Shown here: piece after piece, positions 42,670 to 53,615 of the stretch
Numbering within the stretch: position 1 is the first letter of the stretch
Layout: every line of letters starts with the position of its first letter
From: the human T2T-CHM13v2.0 reference genome, Homo sapiens
Reading direction: 5' to 3' (one strand)
Length of the DNA stretch: 64,000 nt
NCBI RefSeq assembly: GCF_009914755.1
Contig: NC_060926.1
Program-made: the position numbers and the translations under genes
Notes under the pieces: model-generated
Seen by the model: only the letters and a program-made list of their open reading frames with translations
Database searches by the model: none
Told to the model about the DNA's origin: nothing

Positions 42670-43963
42670 TTATATTAGCTGAATCAAGCATAGCAAGGTG
42701 GGTTCAATAAGGGGTGTTATCTCTCCCCTCTGGGCCTTTTCCCTCTATGTACCTCAGTCCTCCCATACACCCCAAAGTCCTGGCAAGAACACAAGGTAGG
42801 GTGAGTTTAGCAGACAAAAGATGGTCCATGCAAAGTTTCAGGATTTTTCCAACAGACATTCAACTACTGGTGATATGTCTTCGGTGTAGGAAGATAGGTG
42901 CTCCGGAAGCTGGCTGTTTTTAAAACAAAAATAGAGAGGAAGAAGACAGAAAAAATACCTTTAAAACAGAAGTATCTTTCAGGAAGGAGAAGATAGCTCT
43001 AAATGGAGCTTGAAAAAAAAGCTTTCTGACCAAACAGATTTTTATGTTTTATTTTTCATGGATTAGTTCTTTGAAGACATATACACTGCTCTTTTGTAAA
43101 TGCTTAATTTAGCAGAGAAGATTCATTATCTATGTCACTTGCCTTTTGTACATAGACTGATGCATATCTTCTGAGTGTTTTCATTTTTGTACACTCTTCC
43201 TAAACACACTTATCCATTTCAACTAATTAAATTATCCATTGTATCTATTACCTACCCACATTTTTCTTGACAGCATAAAGCTGTCTTCCTCTGAATATGT
43301 TTATCCTCCTTTAAATCTTTGCCTTGACCTTCACTGTCCCTACATATTCATCTGATTTCTTTTATTTTCACTTTCAACAATTTCCCAATTTCCAATGTAA
43401 TAATGTAGTCATGTATGAATAGAAGACTGCATTCTAAGTCACAGGACTAATATTTGCAACTCTCCTTTTATTTGATCTTGAATATTTTCTCTGCCTTTCT
43501 GTGACTTGAGTATTTGATTTGTAAAATTATTTTAATAATATCCAATTTTTCATATCTCATGGAAAGTCTGAAGGAATAAAAGATTAGTATATGAATCTAT
43601 TTTGTGTATAGCAACATACTGGTAAATAGACATAATGTATAATATTGTCATTATACTGCATTACTCAGCCATTATGTTTTGACCTCTACACTGTCATTTA
43701 TTGTCCTCAAGCTGTTATTTTCCTTGTTGGTCTAAGTAAAACCTTCATTCATTTATTCAATAAGCTTTTAGTGAATTGCTGATCATGATCCAACCCTTAT
43801 ATTGGGAACTGTGGATATAACTTCAAGAAATAGGGCTCTATGATTGTCCTCACCATGGAGGACCTACAAATTAGTTCCTAAGACAAAGAGAATGTTTTAA
43901 CCAGGATAGCCTAGGGTCTGCTGCAGTGACAATTAACCTCCAACTCTCAGGGACTTAACCCAA

Positions 43964-44526
43964 TGTGGTAGGTAGCCTCCACAGATGGCCAGCAGCAAAG
44001 CCTCCTCTCCCTGTGTGCCTGTGTTAAACTTCTCAGGAGGGATGAAAACTCCCTTTGAATCTGCTCTGTCCTTGTGACTGCTTTGGCCAACAGCATATGC
44101 GGGTTCTAGACCTAATTCTTAAGAGACCTGGCAGTCTCTGCTTTTGCAGAGACCTGGAACACAGCCACCATGCTTTAAGAAAGTTCTGTAGAAAGTCCCT
44201 GAAGCATGAGAACACATGAGGGAAGGAGACCATATGGACTGAGACCAATTGAAGGAGTGAGGCCATATGGAGAGGGAATGAGCCCATGGAAGAGAACGGA
44301 AGCCAGAGTGAGCCTAGGTGAGACTAGTAGAACTTCTTAGCAAACCTGCTGAATCATGAGAAGTTGTCAATTGCTATTCTTTTAAGCTACTACATCTTGG
44401 GTGGCCTTTTATTTATTTATTTATTTTGGAGACAGAGTCTTGCTCTGACACCCAGGCTGGAGTGCAGTGGTATGATCTCAGCTCTTGGGCTGCCTTTTGT
44501 TACATAGCAATAACAACTAAAACATA
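43964..44526 (+). mobile_element. MaLR LTR (MLT1G/H-like), nested
   Basis: TGTGGTAGGTAGCCTCC..AGATGGCC start; TGTGACTGCTTTGGCCAACAG; TTTTAAGCTACTACAT...TTGTTACATAGCAATA end. Confidence 0.7.
44407..44484 (-). mobile_element. Short Alu 3' fragment
   Basis: (TTTA)n tail plus GAGACAGAGTCTTGCTCTGACACCCAGGCTGGAGTGCAGTGGTATGATCTCAGCTC. Confidence 0.88.
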
Positions 44527-45062
44527 GTACAAAAATTTAATTCACTCATGCTACCTGCTCATCCTGTGTTTGGCAGAAAAGCTGTGTTCCATAGAGTCAC
44601 ACAGGAGCTCAGATTAACAGAAGAAACACTATGTTATAGCTGCCCCATGTGTAATACCAGGCCTCCTTTGTCACTGAAGCAGAGGAAAAGAGCAATTAAA
44701 TGTGTTTATGTTCTGGAAGTGACCCCTTTCACTTCTGCTCACCACGCCTTGGCTAAATCTGGTAATACGGTTCCAAATAACTGCAAGGGGGTAGAGCAGT
44801 GTAGTCCTCCCATGTCCCCTGAGAGGAAAGGGAAATCCAAAGTAGATGAGCACTAGAATATCCTAGGGCATGGAACCTCACAATATAGTGTGCAAAGTGC
44901 TAGAATAAGTAAAAATGAGTCCTACCCTAGGTTACTCAAGAGAGTTCCTTTAAATGAGCTAACAGCTCAATTTAAAAGTGAAAGAATAAAAAGGGTAATG
45001 CAACAGAGAAAGAAGGTAGGGTCCTTGCAGCCAAAGGGAGCAGTACGGTCAGCAGCATACAG

Positions 45063-45259
45063 AGGCATGATGGCATGATGAGGCATGATGAGTCATGGTG
45101 CGGCATGATGAAGCATGAGGCACAACAAAGGCATGATGAGGTATGACAAAGACATGATGAGTAATGATGAAGTATAATGAGGCATGGTGAGGCATGATGA
45201 AGCATAATGACCTATGACAAAGACATGATGAGTCATGATGAAGCATGGTGAGGCATGAT
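45063..45259. repeat. Degenerate 10-bp tandem repeat (AGGCATGATG)n, about 20 copies
   Basis: aggcatgatg / agtcatggtg / cggcatgatg / aagcatgagg ... Confidence 0.9.
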
Positions 45260-45289
45260 ACATTCTGAAAAGGGAAGTAGTGCGAGTGG

Positions 45290-45950
45290 TTGCAGCATAA
45301 GTTAAATATCTAGAGATGAAAGTAAAGAGGTAAGTATGTACTATATTTTGAAGGGCTTCATAGAATGCTACTAGGTTCTACTCTGTAAATTATAATGACT
45401 CCAAAGGAAAACTTCAAAAGAGGGATAATCTGGACATATTTACAACTTAATGAAGAAACTGTGCAAGTGAAAAATGGGTTGGAATATAGGAATGTACATA
45501 GCAGAAAAACTATGAAGACATGAAAATGGTTTTGATGTAAGATGACAGACAATGAATATGAAGGGCAGATTGGAAAGGTAATTCTGAAGTAGAATCAAGA
45601 AAAGGTGACCACCGATTTTAGAAATATGGAAAATAAGTGAGAAGAAGAAGACAGGAATAATTGTTGGATTTATTGCTTAAGATACACATTGAGAACACAG
45701 AATATGTATCAGGTTTGTGCTGAGAAGAGAGAAAAAGACATTGAGTTCCATTTCAGACATACTAGGCCTGGTGTCTATGGTAAATCCAGATAAAAAAGTG
45801 ATGCAGGATTGGGCAGAGAGCCTTGAAGTCAGGACGTTAGAGATGAGCATACAGGTGAAATCACTCAGGAAGTAGAAAACGTGGATCCAGAGAGGAGTGC
45901 ATCACCATAAACCCTGGAGAATCCCACGTTCAATGGCAGACTAGAGAAGA
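45290..45950 (-). mobile_element. L2 relic
   Basis: Purine-rich degenerate L2 text (TGAGTTCCATTTCAGACATACTAGG, AACCCTGGAGAATCCCACGTT). Confidence 0.55.
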
Positions 45951-47130
45951 AGGGGGTTCTGGGATTTTACCAATTTCAGAGTTTGAGCTGGCATATTGAG
46001 GAAAGGTGTAAGCACAATGATTACTGATTTTAGTTACCTTCCTTCTAGTTGACTAAATGTACTAGTTTGTGATTTCAGTCACAAAAACATAAATCTCAAA
46101 GAACATAAATATCATATTTATGTTTTACTGATTTTCGAAAATTTTATGTTTGAGGCTAACAGCTTCAAGAAAAAATACATCTTAAAGAACCTAGTAATCT
46201 AATTACATCATTGAAGATCACACACTAAAGGAGGAAAGGATGGTCATGTCCATTTTTTATTTTCTATTATTTTATAAAGATAAGATGAAGAATAATAATT
46301 TGGCTTCTGGTTCCCTACAGCATCTGATATAGGAGTCTGCCTAAAACAGATTCCGGAATTGAGTGGCTCAGTTAGTAATTCAGTCCAAAGCAGAAAACAG
46401 TGCTTTCCTTCAATGTTTTATTAGATATCAAGTTGAAGGTTATGGTGCGACTTAGCACATTACTGGCTACCTAAGCAAGTTCCTTCCTCTTTCCCCTGTT
46501 GGAAGGATGGGGTTTACCCAGCTCTATTTGAGATCTGTGGTTATTTTGATGTAGCCAGTCTAATGTCATTAGACAGGAAAATCTGCACTTGAGCCAAATT
46601 ACACAAGTGTGTGTCCCGGCACTAACTTTAATGTGCACCTGGGTTTCAAAAAGGAAAAACAGAAACCCAAATTCCTTTCTTTTTCTTTTGGGATTCAGCC
46701 CTAACACCATTTTGTTTAAATTTCATAGGTTTAAGTTTCATCAAAGTAGAGTTTGTTTATGTAAAATTACATACCAGATGTGCACTGCCATGGAAGTTGT
46801 GGGGTATTTTATTGCCAATATGGTCCTTGTGGATTCCACAATTGTAAACTGAAACCAGGTTGTCTGTGGTTGAAACCATAGACAGTGTAGAAATGTGGTA
46901 ATATAAGGCCTATGATATCAAAGACAGATCTAATTTTTAAAAAATCTCTTTTAGAAATGGATATCTTAGAGCTTATAAAAGTTGGAGTTTGAAGAAGTGC
47001 AAATTAGTGGCAAGATTTTACATTTTTAAAAATATTTTGATGACTCTTGCCACCAGCTGGGCCTATGCTATTTGAGGTGAGATAAAGTACTATATGAGGT
47101 CGCTGAGCATAAGTGACATTCTTCTTTTGC

Positions 47131-47318
47131 AGTAGGGATTGTCAACTTTAGTGCACAGCAATCTCACCTACAGGGTTTGTTAAAATGTAGATGGATTGAT
47201 GGGCTCCACCCCTGAGTTTCTGAGTCAAGTCTTGGGTACAGTCCAATGATTTGCATTTTTATCAAGTTCCTGGGTGATGCTATTGCTGCTGGCGCCAGGG
47301 CCACCCTTTGAGAACCTG
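47131..47318. mobile_element. MER5A
   Basis: GGGCTCCACCCCTGAGTTTCTGA...ATTTGCATTTTTATCAAGTTCCTGGGTGATGCT...CACCCTTTGAGAACC. Confidence 0.85.
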
Positions 47319-47674
47319 TTCATGGCTGATTGATTATCTGGCCAAAGCAAAACTGACCCATGACCGGATGCCCAACGATCTGATGTGAAAAGTTGAATTG
47401 AGCCAATGAGCTGCTGCTTTTCAGGAATTTCAATCACCACCAGTGATCAGTGAGGGAAAATCTAAGACAGAACAGTGAAGTAGGATGTTACAGCAAGCCA
47501 AACACAAGAACAGTGGTTCTAAAACTCCATCCTGCAGCAGGATCATCTGGAATGCTTAAAGAAAGAAGGTTTCAGAACCATTGCATTAGGTAAGTAGAGG
47601 GGATGAGAGAGCAAAATTAGTAAATAGCAGATGAAGCAAATTCATAGGTGTCCAAAAGGAGTAAACAACTAGAA

Positions 47675-47860
47675 CAGTGTCCTCAAAGTGTGATCTCTAA
47701 TGAGAAGTATCAGCATCAACTGGGAAATTATTGAAAATGAAAAGTCTTGGGCTCAACCCTGAGTCTACTGAATCACAAATCCTGAGGTTTGGGCTTAGAA
47801 AACTGTCTGACAGGACCCCAAGATGATTCTGACTCATGCTAAATTTTAGGAACCCATGAA
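47675..47860. mobile_element. MER5A, opposite orientation to 47131-47318
   Basis: CAGTGTCCTCAAAGTGTGATC...ATCAGCATCAACTGGGAA...TACTGAATCACAAA...GATGATTCTGA. Confidence 0.8.
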
Positions 47861-48159
47861 CTAGAGTATAGCTGTATTGATTTAGTGACTCTACCTACAA
47901 AAGGAAACTTCAGATCTTGTATTTATGACGACCAGTGATATTATTTTACCTCTTCTTGAATTTCCACAAAATTCTTTTTATATTACCATTTAAAACTTTT
48001 GAATAAACCCTTTTCTCTGAATGTGGCTTGAGGGCTTACTGCTGCATGCAAATGACTATACTAACTTAAAGTTAATAGAAAATTTCAGCCCAAGAAAGAG
48101 GTGATGAATCAAAGAACAATTATCTGCTTTAAACAAATCCCATCCTCAGAATAGTCACC

Positions 48160-48310
48160 TCTGATTGTTCTTTAGAATCACCTGAGGAACTTTTAACAAT
48201 TCTAATACCTAGAACATACCATCAACATATATCAGATTCTCTGGGGTTGGGGCCAGACTTCATATTTTTTCAAGGTGATTTTAATGAATAGCCAAGCTTA
48301 AGAATAACTC
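48160..48310. mobile_element. MER5B-like
   Basis: TTAGAATCACCTGAGGAACTTTTAA...TCAGATTCTCTGGGGTTGGGGCCAG...AGGTGATTTTAATG...GCCAAGCTTAAGAA. Confidence 0.7.
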
Positions 48311-48365
48311 CCTTATTCCCAGAAAGCAGTTTCTCAAAATGCAGATTTGGAAAACACAATCAGTC

Positions 48366-48535
48366 TTTTTTTTTTTTTTTTTTTGAGTCAGGTTCTCGCT
48401 CTGTCACCCAGACAGGAGTGCAGTGGCATGATCTTGACTCACTACACCTCTGCCTCCCAGGCTCAAGCCATCCTCCTACCTCAGTCTCCCATTCCTAGCA
48501 GCTGGGAGTACAAGTGTGTGCCACTGTGTTCAGCT
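48366..48535 (-). mobile_element. Old Alu right monomer (FRAM/AluJ)
   Basis: Poly-T, CTCGCTCTGTCACCCAG...CTCCCAGGCTCAAGCCATCCTCCTACCTCAG. Confidence 0.88.
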
Positions 48536-49299
48536 ACAATCAGTAATGTTTAAGGTGTCATGGGATATTGGCAAGATTCAATGTGCCTGGAGAAGAACAA
48601 TTGTTCTCATTGCACATAGAAGGATGGAATGCAAGAGGTATCATTACCATTTCCAACTGAAGAAACTGAAGCTTAGTGGAATCACAATGCTAGTAAATAG
48701 CACTAAAAATCATCTAAAGATTAAATGAGGCATGCTGTAAATAATGCAGTTTTCTTCATTGAAAGTGGACAAGTAATATCTGGATGACCTTCTGCACAGA
48801 TGTTGTCAAAGGAATTCCTGGAGGAAGGAGTTAGGACCAGTTCAAATCTTTCGTCCTTCTGAATCTGTGATTCCTTAATATTTTGCTGATTCCCATTTTG
48901 TTATTTCAGAAAATCCGATATTAAACTAGGATTAAAACCATCTAGCAGAATCAATTAACCTTGAAAAGTTATTCATAAAACTATTTGTATTTTATCTGAA
49001 TTCTACTATTTTATATAAACCTCTTTACACATTTCTAATCAAGATTTGGAAAATATCCATGATTAGTCTTGTCAGTATGCTTTCTCAGTATTTAATACCA
49101 AAATACCACAGCAACTTAGTGAAAGCAATGGTAAATTAATATTAAAAATTGCATCTTCATCCCAAACTCTTTCTTGAAAACCAGGATCCTATATCCACTG
49201 TCTACATTTCGTCTTCACTTGAACTAAAAGGCATGACCAAATCAAACTCTAAATCTTGTTTTCTGTGATCCATGGTTTCTCGGTAAGTTTTCCCTTCCT

Positions 49300-49665
49300 C
49301 CTTCTTCCCCCAGGCCCCCATTTTAGCTCGAATTTCCCAGAGAAGAGTGAATGTTCCTGCTTTATTGATATTGTTTGGACTTTGAAATGTATCTTGCTTT
49401 GGCCAATAGAATACGGAGGAAGTGATAGTGTCAATTTTGAGTGGAGGCCAAGGAGGCATTGTGTGTTTCTTCTTGCTTTTCCGGGGGCTTCTTTTGGCCT
49501 TCCATTAGGAGGAAGAATATGTCCAAATTAATTGCTGTCACTTCAGCTCTGGCCTCAGGAAAACTTCTGGAGCAGGGCTGTCCCAGCTCACTCTAGATCT
49601 GCATAACTTATTTTTTTGTATGCCATTGCTATTTTATGTTTTGTTGTTTTGTAGCATGATTAATA
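49300..49665 (+). mobile_element. Old MaLR LTR (MLT1I/J-like)
   Basis: CTTGCTTTGGCCAATAGAAT...GGAAGTGATAGTGTCAATT...GAGGCATTGTGTGTTTC. Confidence 0.65.
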
Positions 49666-49699
49666 TAGTTTCTAAAATGTCTCCTACAATCTTTCCCTT

Positions 49700-52200
49700 C
49701 TATTTTTCTTTCATTTATATGAAAATCTATGCATGTAAACAAATATAGAAAATATGAAGAATCACAATTTACCCATAATCAAGCTTAGCAATCATAAAAA
49801 TTTGTGCAATGTTTGTCTTTTGCTTCACTTTTGTACAGTTTTCTCTTTCTCCCCCTCACCCTTGACTTCTCTAGAGTATTACAAAGGAAATTCTAGGTAT
49901 TATACCATTTCAACCATCCCAACCAAGAACATCAGTATGTATCTCAAAACAAACAAACAAACAAACAAACAAACAGATTGGGCATAGTGCCTCATGCTTA
50001 TAGTACCAGCACTTTGGGAGGCTGAGGTGGGAAGATCCCTTGAGTCCAGGAGTTCAAAGCTGCAGTGAGTTATGATCACCCCACTGCACTCCAGGCTAGG
50101 TGACAGAGTGAGATCCTGTCTCTAAAAACAAACAAACAAACAAACAATATTTTCTATGCTAATAACACTGAAAAATCATTCTCAAATAACTTCTGGTCTT
50201 TTTCTAGTGGCATCATTTGTGTTGTTATATGTCTTAAGGTACTGTTAATTAGACTATTATCCTCTTTCTTAATATTATTAATTTATATTTATGTCATTGA
50301 CTTGTTGAGGAAATGGGATCAATTATCCCACAGAAATACCTCATGTCCTCTATTGGGTTAAGTGCTGCCTCATGGCAACCTTCAACTTGCTCCTGTATCT
50401 TAAAGATACCAGTAGATTAAAAGATAGATTCGAAGGCTTTATTAGATTCAAGTTAAAATATGTTCTGGTTGAGGAGAAGACTTGGCTGTTGGTGCCATGT
50501 ATGACACACTACATCACATCAGTAGCTATATGATGTCTGGTTATCTAACATTTGTTGGGCTAAAATATGTCATTATTTTATAAATATGTAACAATATTTT
50601 TGTTTAGTGTTTATTATACCTACATTGGTATATACGCTTTTCTTTCTTTTATTACACTTATGTGACAAAGGTGACATACTACATACATTTTTCTATTTTC
50701 TGCTTTTATTTTACTTTGGAATATATCCTGCAAATAATTCCATTCAGTGTATGGAAATCTCTTTCCTCATTTTTCAAATGTCCATAGTACTCGCCCGTGT
50801 AGACAGACATTTGAATTTATAATCTTTTGTTGATAAAAATAATGTCGCATTTAATAAAATTATACATTCATTCCATTTTATTTTTGCAGATGTATTTTGG
50901 GGATTGATTCCTAGAATCAGTATTGCTGAATTAAAGCAGGATTTCTGAAGCAAAGACTATATGTAATGTTGTTGGATGTCAAATTCTCCTTCATATGAAC
51001 TGTACAATTTTGCGTTTTCACTAGTAAAGTGGAGAACACAGACGTTCCCTTACACTTCATCATCAGAATAGATTATCAAACTTTTCCATGTCAGTGTAGC
51101 TATGTTTCTTTTATTAGGAGTGAAGTTGAGTGTGCATTCAGAGTTCAAGAGTCATTTGTATTAATTTTTCTTTGAGCCGTCTTCTCATACCTTTTACTAT
51201 TTTAAAAGGGTTTCTTTTACTATTTTCATGGCAGGTTATCAGTCTTTTTCTTATCAATTTTTAATAACATTTTAAAATATTATGGATATCAATCATTTTA
51301 TATACCATATTTTATCATTTAACTTTGCCTTTTGGGGAAGGGACATGCAAAATGTTTTATTACTATTAATAAGTGAGATTGTTCTGCACTCTTGGTGCTG
51401 TGTGCTTTTTATCAGTCTATGTATCCTCTATAGTCTGTTTTATTTGATTCATTTTTTAAAAATATATATTTTCCTTTATTTTCTATCTTCTGAAATATAT
51501 TAAATAGTCTTCACAGGTTTGGTGAAATTTTCTCATAAAGTTTTCTGGAATTATCATATGTTTTTTGCTGTTTAAATTTTTCTTCCTTCATGGATATTAA
51601 TCGGAATGGACTTACTATTTCTACTGGGGTTGTTTTGGTAATTTATATTTTTTTAGTATTTTTTTTAATTTAGGTTTTCAAATGAATTTGAATATATTTT
51701 TTTTAAAAAAATTTCTTTTATAATTCTTTTGAGAATTTCATTTGTTTAAAATATTGTTTTCTCTTTGACATTTTTAAATGTTGTGTAATTGTGCTTTCTT
51801 TCTCTGTGTGGATTAAGGTGGCTAGTGGTTTGGTTGATTCATTGATCTTTCAAAGAACCAACATTTGCTTTTATTGATTCCTGTTCCTATGTTTTCAATA
51901 ATTTCTCAATAATTACTTTTCTTTTACTTCTTGCTGCTTTCCTTTGGTTTATTTATGTTTTTCCTAAATTTTTGAGTGTAAGCTTATTCCATATATTATC
52001 ATTGTATTATTATAGATATTTAATGCTCTGATTTTTTTCTGAGTGCTCTATGACTTGTGTTTCATGGACTCTGATTTGAAATGTTTTTATTGTCATTGCT
52101 TTCTAATTGATCTTCTGTTTTAATTTACATTTCCCCTTTGATCTAAGAGTTGTTTAATAGTGAGTTTATTTTATTCTAATTTATTTATATTTTTAGTTTC
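49700..52200 (-). mobile_element. Ancient L1ME-like fragments
   Basis: T-rich antisense L1 text (GATTCCTAGAATCAGTATTGCTG; GATCTTTCAAAGAACCAACATTTGCTTTTATTGATT). Confidence 0.65.
49976..50147 (+). mobile_element. FRAM / Alu monomer flanked by (AAAC)n
   Basis: CAGCACTTTGGGAGGCTGAGGTGGGAAGATCCCTTGAGTCCAGGAGTTCAAAGCTGCAGTGAGTTATGATCAC. Confidence 0.88.
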
Positions 52201-53099
52201 TAAGTAGACAGACCTGAAAAGGCAAAGACAAATGGTCACTATCTATTTATATACTATACTAAAACCATAAATCTTGCTGAATTAAAAAAGCTCATACCTT
52301 TACTTTAATGTGTTGCAAACCAAATAAAATCAGCTATTGATTTACAGCATCTCACTTTCGAATAGTTGTTTTCAAATGCTATGAACTAAGCCACATATAT
52401 TTTTCTGTAGTATTTTCTAAAGTATATAGATCTTAAACCGCAAGAAACATAAATTGTAAAGCTTAAGGAGTCTTCAATATATTTGACCATGCTGATTAAG
52501 TACAGCTAGGAGACAAAAATTAACTTCTATTTTTTATAGCAGTCAATAGTAGAGGTAAAAATTTCTTACTAATTGAAGGAGCCCTCTAAGTTGGAAGAGG
52601 GGAAAAAAAAAAAAAAGCACACCAACTACCATTCCTGGAACACAATAGAAATTCATTACATGCGATCCTTCCTCTAATTGTCTAGAAGTTGGATGCTCAC
52701 AATACCAATAAAAAGAACATTATTAGTTGCTTCCACAACTTGGAGTATTGTGTGACCGTAATGTCAATAAGCTTCATTTGCATCAGTTGTAGACTAAGGA
52801 GACATTGTTTAATTTTAAGTTTGAGAAAAAATAAGAAGTTGAGATTTTTGATGAAAATATAGATTCATGATAGGTGATAGTGAAAATAGTACTGGAAGCA
52901 AGAAGCACTAAAGGCTGGAGGAGTAAGGAAAAGGTAAAAACAGAGAAGAAAGAAGTATAATAGAAAAGACAAAGAAGATTTTAGAGTTTAATTCCGCAAG
53001 TAAGATGCAGAATTGCCAATTTAACTAAGTGACAGATACCCAGCACAGTTTTTTGGAGTAATTAGTTCATGTTCATTGACAAAAATACAACTAACACAA

Positions 53100-53615
53100 T
53101 ACAGTAATCTGACCATAGCGAGGAAAACAACCAAAGGTGACAAAATGGATAGCAAGTTACCCCAAAATGGAGTAGTTCATTTCTTTCTGTCCTCTCACTT
53201 AGAACTGTAAGATGCTGGACATGGGGTGCCAAATCACACAGGAAGACTGAAAGGTGGAAAGAGAAAAGCAGACTGCCTAGGAACCCTGAGATTTGAGGAA
53301 CAAAGTACAACAAATTTCTGGGTTTCTTTTCTCACTCCCACATATCCTGGACCAGAATTTGTAGAAGTCACCAACCAGAACTGCCAACAAACATAGACAA
53401 AAAATAGTCCGAGAAAAGCCTGTTGTCCCTAGCTGAAGGATAGGAAGGAGGGTGGCCTAACAACAGAAAAGCTTCTTGGCAATACCCTTTCTTTGTCCCA
53501 GCCAGACATCGAAGGAAAAACTGCTCCCCAGCACCCCCTAAGCAGGTTCCACGTAGTGTACTGGGGTTCCAGTTCCAGGTAGTGCCCTGAAGTTCACACC
53601 CTCCCCACAGCAAGG
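53100..53615 (+). mobile_element. Ancient L1M 5'-region fragment
   Basis: AAAAGCCTGTTGTCCCTAGCTGAAGGATAGGAAGGAGGGTGGCCTAACAACAGAAAAGCTTCTTGGCAATA resembles a recalled L1M 5' consensus. Confidence 0.55.

Larger units (their letters stand above)
43898..44860 (-). mobile_element. Old MaLR LTR (MLT1K/L-like) split by a nested LTR
   Basis: CAGGATAGCCTAGG.TCTGCTGCAGTGACAA...CTCAGGGACTTAAC (43900-43960), resuming at about 44530 and running through GGAAGTGAC...TCACTTCTGCTCAC...TAACTGCAAGGG. Confidence 0.6.

Noticed and set aside
44972-45246. His-rich ORFs
   Set aside because: Translation of the (CATCATGCCT)n repeat
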